64,000 nt of DNA from Octopus sinensis. Lineage: Eukaryota. The notes below the pieces were generated by a model. The model saw only the letters and a program-made list of their open reading frames with translations. It was not told the DNA's origin and did not search any database. Location: assembly GCF_006345805.1 (NCBI RefSeq), contig NC_043004.1, forward strand, positions 105,772,001 to 105,836,000, written 5' to 3'. The number at the start of each line of letters is the position of its first letter. The stretch's first letter is position 1. Made by a program: the position numbers and the translations under genes. Below, piece by piece: positions 1 through 10,420 of this stretch.

Positions 1-1175
1 GTCTTTTGAGGCATCTTTTGGCAGGGGAAAAGTGCTTCTTATATACCATTAAATACAGTACTGATTACCTTATTGTCAAACAGAAAGTGGTTGCCATCTC
101 AAATATGTATATAAGTGTGTGTGTGTGTGCAGTGGCAGATGCAGGAGTGTTGCCCTAGTTGCCTGGGCAACACCCTTTCTAGCCAAGCTGACACCAAAAA
201 AAATCGGAACTCAGGTTTATTTCCTACAGTTTCACAGCATTACTGTTTCATATGCATATGGTCTGCTACAACAAAGTTAGAATACACAAAAATGTGTCCA
301 TTTGTTATGAAGTGTGATTCCCACCTTATATAGTACATTTTTCGAAACTTTTGAACAACACCCAAACAAAATCCTGGACACCACCCCCTCAATGTGCTTA
401 TAAATATATATGCATGTATGTATGTATATATATATATATATATATATATAAGAATGGTCTTCAAAGGAATTTGAAGCAAACTGAATGGCACTTTACTTTA
501 GATCAGTGATACTCATTTTTAATTTATGTTGCTCAGTACCACCTTTCATTTAATGGTATTTTACAAGCATCCCTACTCCCTATTCTTTATAAAAGTACCC
601 TCGAATATAACAGATTAGATTAATCAAACTGAAGTTAATTTTGTGTAGTAGTTTGCAATAACCACATTTTCGTATCCTATTCCAGCCAGTGTGTACCTTT
701 TTGAAGATATCGGTTAGAGCAGTGTTTTCTATAAATGAGGAGTTATGTAAATTGAAAAGGTAGGAGACAAATTGTCACGCTAGATAAAATTAAGATAGTT
801 TTAAACTTATTAAAACTATCCCTATTTTCTCAGCTCTGCTCCAGTATCCTGCCTTCAACTATTTTTAGGACATCTCTTCTTCCCCCTTTGTGAGCCATAT
901 GTTTTCCTGAGGAAAGCCTCCCCCAACCTCTCCCAGGGTTTGTTGGTTTTGAATTGTTGATGCTTTTATGGCTTTGCTTTAGTTTTAGATAGTTGTCTGG
1001 GCTCTATACAAACCCATTTTCTCCTCTGAGAAAGGATGGGTCATATTAGTCTGGCCTCTGTCTCTTTAACCTACCCAACATGTGAGATTCCACCTGGAGC
1101 TTGCACTCCACTGGGTTACTGAGGCACAAAAGATACCATACTGCAACATGTACTGAATCTTGAGGGGAATAGTTG

Positions 1176-1250
1176 ACAATATATAACTATATTATTTACA
1201 ATGTGTGTTTATATTGTTTATGATGTGTGGCTATGTTATTTACAACGTGT
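1176..1250. repeat. ~21-bp minisatellite (GTGACTATATTGTTTATGATGT-like), left part
   Basis: Three diverged units; the same unit resumes at 2021-2185 after stacked SINE insertions. Confidence 0.6.
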
Positions 1251-1251
1251 A

Positions 1252-1444
1252 CGGCAGTGAGCCAACAGAATTGTTAGCACACCAGACAAAATGCCTGGCA
1301 GCACTTCATCTTTCTCTAAGCTCTGAATTCAAAGACCTTTACCATTCATCGTTTTGGAGTTGATGAAATAAGTACCAGTTGAGCACTGGGGTCAATGTAA
1401 TCGATTACCCTCTCCCCCAAAATGTCAGGCCTTGTGCCTATAGT
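1252..1444 (+). mobile_element. tRNA-derived SINE, family A
   Basis: GGCAGTGAGC..AGAATTGTTAGCAC head and GAAATAAGTACCAGTT..CTGGGGTC central block shared with 20138-20377 and 63527-63756; tail resumes at about 1995-2020. Confidence 0.75.
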
Positions 1445-1733
1445 TGTTTGTTCTTTCTTGAGCTATGCCAGTTTCCCAGTTTCATTGGTGTATAGGTTCC
1501 CCATCTGGATGGGACATCAGTTCATCACAGGTGAGCTGTTAGATGTAGGAGGAAAAAGTGAGAGAAAGTTGGGGCGAAAGAGTCATTAGAAGTTTGCCAT
1601 TACCTTCTGCTGGAACCGTGTGGAGCTTAGGTGTTTCACTCATAAACACACATGTCACCCGGTCTGAGATTCAAACCCATGATCCCTTGACCGCAAGACC
1701 ACTGCTCTAACCACTAGACCATGTGCTTCCACA
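1445..1733 (-). mobile_element. tRNA-derived SINE, family C, with 11-bp TSD
   Basis: Minus-strand head TGGTCTAGTGG (A box) and GGTTTGAATCTC (B-box-like); GTGCCTATAGT duplicated at 1434-1444 and 1734-1744. Confidence 0.8.
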
Positions 1734-1759
1734 GTGCCTATAGTGGTTAGTCCAAATTA

Positions 1760-1994
1760 CTCCATAAGGAGAATAAGTCCACATTCCTGGTTTCTCTGGT
1801 GCATATAAATTCCTTCCTGGATGAGATGCTGGTCCATCACAGGCTTACTCTTTTCATTTACAGCTGTGTGGACTGAAACAGCATGAAATAAAGCATTTTT
1901 CTCAAGAATATAACCCGCTACTTGATCTGGGAATCAAACTCACCACCTAGCATTTGTGAGTGCAACACCCTAACCACTAAGCCATGCACCTTCA
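1760..1994 (-). mobile_element. tRNA-derived SINE, family D
   Basis: Minus-strand head GCATGGCTTAGTGGTTAGGGTGTTG; same family at 15975-16159, 41340-41480, 57900-58085, 58790-59055, 61780-61895. Confidence 0.7.
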
Positions 1995-2020
1995 TTTATG
2001 CCTACTGTAGAAAGAATTAT

Positions 2021-2185
2021 CTACAATATGTGACTATATTGTTTATGATGTGTGACTATATTGGTTGCAATGTATTACTCTGTTGCTTATGATGTGTGAC
2101 TATACTGTTTATGATGTGTAGCTATATTGTTTATGATGTATTACTCTGTTGCTTATGATGTGTGGCCATATCATTTGCAAAGAAT
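2021..2185. repeat. ~21-bp minisatellite, right part
   Basis: About seven units such as GTGACTATATTGTTTATGATGT and ATTACTCTGTTGCTTATGATGT. Confidence 0.75.
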
Positions 2186-2344
2186 GTCTGTATTGTTTGA
2201 TGTGGTTCTTGATTTCACTGTTGTGTGTCACTCAAGTACTGCTTTCGTTGGAGTAAATTAAACTGTTATTTCTTATGCATCCTGCTATCCTATTTATTTG
2301 AAAGTTTAGAGTAGATTTTATAGGATTAACAGCTCTCGGTCTTA

Positions 2345-2744
2345 CTCTACTCTTTACTCTTTTACTTGTTTCAGTCATTTGACTGCAGCCATGCTGGAGC
2401 ACCGCCTTTAGTCGAGCACATCGACCCCGGAACTTATTCTTTGTAAGCCTAGTACTTATTCTATCAGTCTCTTTTGCCGAACCGCTAAGTGAAGGGGACG
2501 TAAACACACCAGCATCGGTTGTCAAGCAATGCTAGTGGGACAAACACACACACATACACATATATATATATACATATATACAACAGGCTTCTTTCAGTTT
2601 CCGTCTACCAAATCCACTCACAAGGCTTTGGTCGGCCCGGGGTTATAGCAGAAGACACTTGCCCAAGATGCCACGCAGTGGGACTGAACCCGGAACCATG
2701 TGGTTGGTAAGCAAGCTACTTACCACACAGCCACTCCTGCGCCA
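2345..2744 (-). mobile_element. Full-length tRNA-derived SINE, family B
   Basis: Minus-strand head GGCGCAGGAGTGGCTGTGTGG..GGTTCAGTCCC (A and B boxes), central TTGGGCAAGTGTCTTCT block, internal (TA/CA)n and (AGAGTAA)-type tail; near-identical copy at 54455-54850. Confidence 0.9.
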
Positions 2745-3186
2745 TACTCTAATATATTTTCAGTTATATTTTTTCTCAATTTAGGACATTTTAGTTTGAA
2801 TTTTTATAATTGCTGTATATGGTGTTGGATGATGTTAAACCCAAAACCAATCTCATGTGTAAGAGTAGTTGTGGAAGTAAAAGGATGAGAAGAAAGAATA
2901 TGAGAGAGGGGGAGAGGGAGAGATGTGAGGTTTCATAGAAGAGGAGAAACTGTGCACCATCAACCTGGTGTCAGTTGCACACCAACCAGTTACCAAATAT
3001 CCACCCTGCATGCAACTTTACAGCCATTGTCATGTTATAGTCCCACTGTTATAATGATTCATCATATACATGTATGTATGTATGTATGTATGTATGTATG
3101 TATACATATATATATATGTATGTATGTATGTATATATGTATATGTATACATATATATATGTATGTATGTTTATATGTGTATATATA

Positions 3187-3223
<37 letters not shown>

Positions 3224-3737
3224 GCACACACACACACTCACACATATATAAGTTTGTTTGTAAGTATTTAGGTATATATATAACCCACCTGTTTGTGACA
3301 GAAATATGTATGTCAGATAACTCACAAGGAAATAACATTCCAGTTCACCAGCAAACAGCTCGGTACAGCAACAAGATATATTCTGAGGTATGTTCCTGTA
3401 GGGGTGGACTGCTGGCTGTGAAAGTTGTATCATTTTTCTCTCCTTCATTTTGTTTTTACAGCTCTGACGCTGTTGCTTTTGCTTTCGTTATTATTCTCCT
3501 CACTAACCGGAGAGTTCTGCAAATTTGGATATTTTGTCGTATAAATTTTGGAAATAGCAACAGATTTTCTTTCTGTCCAACTTTCTTTTGCTTCTTCTTT
3601 ATTGACATTTCTCTTTCTCATTGTATCAACATCTTCATATGGTTGTTGTTGTTCTTACAACACCTACTCAACTATGAAGTTCCCGCAGTTCTTATTTAAC
3701 AGCTAAATCGAGTTAATTTGTTATTCCGTATAAAATA

Positions 3738-4005
3738 GGGAAGGTACCTGGCTTAGTGGTTACGGTATTTGGTTCATTATCATACAGTCGTAAGTTCAAT
3801 TTCTACTGGGACCTTGTGTCCTTAAACAAGACACTTTATTTCATGTTCTTCCATTTCACTCAGCTGGCAAAACTGAGTTGTAACCAGTAATTTAAAGGAT
3901 CAGCCTTGTCACATTCTGTGTCACGCTGAATCTCCCTGAGAACTATGTTAAGGGTACACGTGTCTGTGGAGTGCTCAGCCACTTGCACATTAATTTCGCA
4001 ATGGT
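3738..4005 (+). mobile_element. tRNA-derived SINE, family E (3'-truncated)
   Basis: TGGCTTAGTGG..AGTTCAATTTC head and CAGCCTTGTCACATTCTGTGTCACGCTGAATCT body shared with 19309-19628 and 51940-52240. Confidence 0.75.
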
Positions 4006-4285
4006 ATCCACTGACTGGCTCCCATTCCGTGGCACATAAAATGCACCATCCAAACTTGGCTGATGCCAGTACCCACTGACTGGCCACCGTGCCAGTGGCA
4101 CATAAAAGGCACCCACTACACTCTCAGAGTGGTTGGTATTAGGAAGGGCATCCAATTGTAGAAACACTGCCAGATCAGATTGGAGCCTGGTGCAGCCGTT
4201 GGCTCTTCAGACCTTGGTCAAACCATCCAACTCATGCCAGCATGGAAAATGGACGTTAAGTGATGATGATGATAATGATGATGAG
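4006..4285 (+). mobile_element. RTE-clade LINE 3' UTR fragment
   Basis: AGGAAGGGCATCCA..CATGCCAGCATGGAAA..(GAT)n tail; the same UTR follows RTE-like ORF ends at 13170 and 25258. Confidence 0.75.
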
Positions 4286-5163
4286 GCTGTTTGGTTGATC
4301 ATGTCAGCTGGACCACTGACCATCATAATTAACAGAGAACCAGGCCATATAACATACAGCTCATCTCCAATCACATATATGCATGTGACAGGCTTCCTTC
4401 AGTTTCCGTCTATCAAACCCATTCATACGTTTTTGGTCAGCTTGGTGCTACAACAGAATCATTTGTCCAAGGTGCTGCACGGTGAGATTGAACCCAAAAC
4501 CACTACATGGTCAGGAAGCAAACTTCTCGGCAACACAGCCATATCTCATACTTAAAAGAAAGGTTTTTGTATGTAGCATAATAGTAGTATAGGAAAAAAT
4601 ATGAATTAAGACCCCCCACACCCACCCACCACCACTACTACTACTACTTCTGAGTCTGGCCGTATCATTAGTGGTGTGTAGCTATATCATTTGCGTTGTA
4701 CACAGCTATAATGCATTGTTTGTGGAGCAGTTATATATATATATACTGTACATCACAATATAGATATACATCATAGCCAACAATGTGTCAATCATGCATC
4801 TAAAAATCTTTCATAGATGGAGTCCTTCATTGAATATGATGGCTCCAGGAACAATATATAATTTTGTGGAGGGGGAGAGAGAGGGGGAGGAGGAGTGGAC
4901 ATTAATCATTGACATTAAGAACATTATACAACGTCTCTGGTCTATTTATTGCTGAGCTGGTTGTACCAGTACCTTATCAACTTAGATATCTACATTTGCA
5001 GTTACACACACACACACACACACACACAAAAACAAGCACACACATACACACACGCACACATGCACGCACACACACACACAGTTACACATACACACGCATA
5101 CACATATTTACATCATCGTCATCATCATCATCATCATTGTCATCATCATCATCATCATCATTG

Positions 5164-5218
<55 letters not shown>

Positions 5219-5929
5219 CATCATCATCGTCATCGTCATCATCATTTTACATCTATTTCCCATACTAGCATGATTCAGATGAGTTGTCGCAGTCCAAATC
5301 AGTTCTTATTTGAAGTTACTGCACTTGTCGATAGGTCAGGGTCTACATTTTGCTCAGAGTTTTCATTTTTGGCACATTTTCTTTGGCTCGATGCCCTTTC
5401 TAATGCAATCGCTTTGCAGAGTGTACTGCGTGCAGTTCTTTTTTTTTTATGTGTGTGTCTTAACCTCTGCAAAACAAAGAAGTCCTCAGTACACAACACT
5501 GCCTCTGTATAATCACAGAAACATGACTGAAAGGGTATATAAAGAGAGAGAAAAGAGCATGAGAGAAGAAGAACCTGAGAGTGAGAGGGTGAAAAAAAGG
5601 GTGAATGTGATGGGAGAAATAGTGGGATAGGTGTGGAGAGAGCATGGTAGAGGATGAGTAATGGAAGAGAGATTGTGATAGGGTGGTTGGCATGAGGAAG
5701 GGCATCCAGCTGTAAAAAGTTAACCAAAACAGACAAGTGGAGCTTGGTGCAGCTCTCCTGCTTACCAGCTCCGACTTAATCATGTAACCCATGCCAGCAT
5801 GGAAAACAGACTTTAAATGATGATGATGATGACGATGCTGTCTTTAGTATATAGGAGTTTTCATGGACAGCTGGCCTTAAACACTTCTGTTATGACCAGA
5901 AAGACTTGAAATAAATAGAAGGGGGTTTA

Positions 5930-6286
5930 CAAACAAAAGCTTAAAACAGGTCCCTACCTCTATACTAAATTCATTGCTAATCTCCTTTCTAACTCTCACC
6001 CCTATACATAGTTTCCACAGCCATTCAATGCCAATCAGCTTTCGCTAGTTTCCTCTGAGTTCACCAGATTATAACAGAAAGAAACCCTGACAATGTCTTT
6101 AACCGGGTTGACAAATGCTGGGTACAGCAACTTATTTTTAGCTAAAGAGTTCTCCTGCAGTTGTCTCACTAGTTAGAGGTCAACAGTGGTGTCTGTTCCT
6201 GGCAGAAAGCCCAACTGCATCTCATCGAGTCTAATTTTCTTTCTAATCAATTGTGCTATAACTTTTCCAATAACTTTTAAACCTTC
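5930..6286 (-). mobile_element. RTE-clade reverse transcriptase fragment (pseudogenised)
   Basis: Translates LKVIGKVIAQLIRKKIRLDEMQLGFLPGTDTTVDL*LVRQLQENSLAKNKLLYPAFV, matching the RTE RT pattern (DEMQFGF..VRQLQEK..AFVDLEKAFDRV); contains stops and a frameshift. Confidence 0.85.
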
Positions 6287-6289
6287 TGT

Positions 6290-6427
6290 ATATGTATGTA
6301 TATGTGTGTGTGTGGTGTGTGTGTGGTGTGTGTGTGTGTGTGTGTGTTACAGTTGAGCCATAACTTTTTCAATAACTTTTAAAGCCTAAGTGTGTGTGTG
6401 TATCTGTGTGTATATGTGTATGTGTGC

Positions 6428-6461
<34 letters not shown>

Positions 6462-6547
6462 GCACACATATATGTATTTATATATGTATACACACACATA
6501 CATATAGGTATATACACATACATACATGGACATCTGCATATATATAC

Positions 6548-6580
<33 letters not shown>

Positions 6581-6712
6581 ATATATATATATACATATAT
6601 AGGTATATGCATACATACATACATACATACGTACATACATACATACATGCACACATACACACAGACGTATATATATATATATATATATAATTATAATATA
6701 TATATATAATAT

Positions 6713-6750
<38 letters not shown>

Positions 6751-7050
6751 ATATATATACAATATATATATATATATATATACGTCTGTGTGTGTGTGTG
6801 TATGTATATATATATATAATTATATAATAATATATATATATATATATATACATACACACACACACACAGACGTATATATATATATTGTATATATATATAA
6901 TATATATATAATTATATAATATATATATATACATACATACACACACACACACATATATATATACATGGCCACATGCAAACATCTATGTTTATGTGTGTGT
7001 GTGTGTGTATACATACATTCATACATACATACACTATACACATAATTATC
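6290..7050. repeat. Compound (TG)n/(TA)n/(CA)n/(TACA)n microsatellite field
   Basis: Directly visible; source of many spurious Y/I/C/V/H/T-rich ORFs. Confidence 0.95.
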
Positions 7051-7281
7051 CACCTATCTATGAGTATTAGTAATTCTATGCTAGCCTGTGTATGCGTGTG
7101 TTGATGGATATGTATATATGTATTAAATATTTGCATGTATGAGTGTATATATTCAAGTATTATGTGATTTTTCTCCGTGACTACGTGTGCTTATGTCCAT
7201 GTGTGTCTACATGCGTGAGCATATAGCTTTTCATATTTGTGTGATGCATGTGTGTGTGAATGTATGTGTGTGTATTGCGCA

Positions 7282-7317
<36 letters not shown>

Positions 7318-7912
7318 GATATCCCTATTGCTGTGTAACTTTATATATTCTCTGTTTGTGCAGCAGAGACAGTTCTGTGTATCAGCCTTTATGTCTCTGC
7401 ATCTCTCTCTCTCTCTCTCCATCAATATTGACATATAGAGATTGATTGATGGTTCTCTCCTCTCTCTTCTCATTATATCAAACATTTATGTTATAAATAT
7501 CTTGTCTATAACAATATATTAACAGAAGTGAGATTGGGTGATGATTAGGCAGAAACTGTGGAACAGTAAAACACCAGACTAGTTGCCTTATAGTGTGTGC
7601 TTTTCATTTCCCTACATTGGTTTTTCTGAAAGTGGGCATCAAGGAATTCCATGGTTTCACATAAAAATTCTGGTGTTCTGCAGTATAAGGTGACTATTAA
7701 TAACATTTAATAAAAATTCATTTTATAAGAATTAGTGTTCATCATTTTCTAAATAATAAGTTATGTGTTTGTATCACTTTACCAGTGTATCAACCAGAGT
7801 AACAGATGTGGTTATACATCACAGGTCAAAATGATCTTCTTTGCATTGTTATATTTTTCACATAATGCCATCCCAGTTCTTCCTGAATTAGAACACCAGT
7901 CTGTTACAGCTA

Positions 7913-8110
7913 CAAGGGGATGCTGAAAAGTTTTTGGCTTTTAGGGTATCACAGAAGGCTTGGCTGGAAGTCCAACCTTCCAAGTTCTTTTACAATACTT
8001 AGAAAACCTGAAGGACTGCTGAGAGGGGAATATGTTGAATAAAATCATAATTAACTGATCCTCCTGTATTTTCTTTTACCTAAAACCAGGAACTTTTCAG
8101 CACCCCCTCA
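7913..8110 (+). mobile_element. Mariner-derived MITE, copy 1 (internal deletion)
   Basis: TIRs GGGGATGCTGAAAAG / CTTTTCAGCACCCCC with TA flanks. Confidence 0.8.
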
Positions 8111-8122
8111 TATATATATAAA

Positions 8123-8335
8123 AGAGGGGGTGCTGAAAGGTTTATGGCTTTAGGGGTATCACAAAAGGCCAGGTTGGAAGCCCAAATTTCCAAGTTCTTT
8201 TACAGCACTTAGTAAAATTGAAGGACCGCTGCGATAGATGTGTGAATCTGAGAAGGGAATATGTTGAATAAAATCATAATCAACTGATCCTCCTATATTT
8301 TCTTTTACCTAAAACCAGGAACTTTTTCAGCACCC

Positions 8336-8339
<4 letters not shown>
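8123..8339 (+). mobile_element. Mariner-derived MITE, copy 2
   Basis: Same TIRs; interior retains the transposase C-terminus (KLKDRCDRCVNLRREYVE*), flanked by (TA)n. Confidence 0.85.
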
Positions 8340-8394
<55 letters not shown>

Positions 8395-8406
8395 TATATA
8401 TATAAA

Positions 8407-8623
8407 TGAGGTGATGCTGAAAGGTTCATGGCTTTAAGGGTGTCGCAAAAGGCTTGGTTGGAAGCCCAACATTCCAAGTTCTTTTACAGGGCTTAAAAAA
8501 ACTGAAGGACTGCTGCAGTAAGTGTGTGAATCTGAGAGGGAAATATGTTAAATAAAATCATAATTAACTAATCCTCCTGTATTTTCTTTTATCCAAAGCT
8601 AGGAACTTTTCAGCACACCCTCT
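8407..8623 (+). mobile_element. Mariner-derived MITE, copy 3
   Basis: Same TIRs and C-terminal remnant (KCVNLRGKYVK*). Confidence 0.8.
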
Positions 8624-9126
8624 TAAGTGGACAAGAGCAATATGAAATGAAGTGTTTTGCTGAAGAACACAATGCCAACCAGTCTGAGAATCAAAACCAT
8701 GATTTTTCTGATTGTCAGAATAATGTCCCAAACTACCAGGTCACATTTCTTCACACACACACATGCATGTGCATGTGCGCACACACAAACGAATATATAT
8801 TCTCTTTATTTTTTTAACTTGCATTGGCCATTGGACTGCAGCCATGCTGAAGTACCACATTGAAAGAATTGGTATACTACTATTACAGGAAATAAGCAAA
8901 AATAAAAAAAGAAGACTCCAATGAAACTAGTGGAGATCTGTATTGGCAAAAATCATTTAGTGTTGACTGTAAATTTAGGCAAGCTTTTCTGCCTTGGGGA
9001 AAAGAAAATACTACAGTTGACCATTTTGTCAACAAATTTGTATAATTTATGAATTTCATATATTATTACTGGAGTTTAGTTAAAAATGGCTTGAGTTTCT
9101 GAATGCATGACATCCATGCTTTATAG

Positions 9127-9452
9127 CAGGGATCAGGGAACTTTTTTAACCAGTTACTCCATATTATATTTATTTACACCAATGTTACCCACTTCATTTG
9201 AAAGGAAGAAATTCATAGATTCTCTGAACTCAAAAGGTTTATTGAATCTATTTCAGTGAATCAATTTATATGAATCTATTTAGATGTCCATTACATTGGA
9301 CAGATGCAATGTTGCCAGAAGAAAAATTTCTGTTGTAGCAAGGAACATGTTTTTTTTATATAATTTTACTTATGTCTAATGAGTCCTCATTACCCCCAAG
9401 AATTTCATTTTTACCCCACTTGAGGTAATTTACCCCAGTTTGCTGTCCCCTG
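9127..9452. mobile_element. hAT (Charlie-like) MITE, 326 bp, with perfect 8-bp TSD
   Basis: TIRs CAGGGATCAGGGAACT / CAGGGGACAGCAAACT (12/16); CTTTATAG duplicated at 9119-9126 and 9453-9460. Confidence 0.85.
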
Positions 9453-9544
9453 CTTTATAGTATCTTGGTTGGAATCTTTGTATTTTGAGTTCAAATCTCA
9501 CCCTGATCGACTCTGATTTTCATGTTTAGATTGATATTGCATAT

Positions 9545-9750
9545 GCTGTAAATTAGAATCATTAGTGTGTTGGACAAAATACCTAGTGACATTTCTCCTG
9601 AGTCTTTACATCCTGAGTTCAAATCCTGCCGAGGTCAACTTTGAATTTCCTCCTTTGAAGATCAATAAAATAGAGTACCAATCAAGTACTGGAGATGATG
9701 TGACCAACAAGCCCTCATCCTTAAATTGCTGGCCTTGTGCCAAAATTAGA
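9545..9750 (+). mobile_element. SINE family A
   Basis: CTGAGTTCAAATCCTGCCGAGGTCAACTTTG block and GGCCTTGTGCC tail. Confidence 0.7.
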
Positions 9751-10355
9751 AAGAATTGTTGTTGTTGTTGTTATCATTATTATCATTATCATGTTGTTAT
9801 CATTATTATCATTATCATGTCTGTGGGTCTGGGTAGGGGCAACTGTGTGTATGTGCCTGTGTGTGTGTGTATGTGCATGTGTGTGTATGTACATGTGTGT
9901 GTTTGTGTGCGCACGCTTGTGCATTTTTGTCTTGACATCATGTGATAGTTGTAAACAAGTGTCACTGTCTCACAAGCAGTATCATTCCTTTCTAACATTC
10001 TATGAGAACATGTTTGGCCATGGGGAAATATTACCTACCTTAGAAACAAGTGAGGTTGGTGACAGGAAGGGCATCCAGCCACAGAAAATCTGCCTCAAAT
10101 AAACTCTGTTTGACCCATGCAAGCATGGAAAAGTGAATGTTGATAATGATGATATGCAATAATGATGATATGCACATTCACATACACATACATGTGCATG
10201 TGCATATACACATGCACATGTACACCCTTTGGTACAAAAGTTTGGCCGTAAGCCTACTTTGCAGACATCAGATATATTAATGATGTATTATCACTCGCTA
10301 TTCTGAGTAATCTTATACACGAGTAATTACATAAATGCAGACACATATACCTATA

Positions 10356-10420
<65 letters not shown>

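Noticed and set aside
30-60. AAGTGCTTCTTATATACCATTAAATACAGTA, resembling a pogo/Tigger-type end
   Set aside because: Too short and cut by the window edge; no partner end visible
499-720. Possible hAT-like relic starting CAGTGATACTCA
   Set aside because: No matching right TIR or TSD
930-1150. Possible relic of a retroelement 5' region
   Set aside because: Resemblance is from memory only, with no peptide support; needs a Dfam/Repbase search
2640-2744. tRNA-like A and B boxes at many SINE heads
   Set aside because: Each continues into a SINE body and lacks a complete cloverleaf, so none is called a tRNA gene
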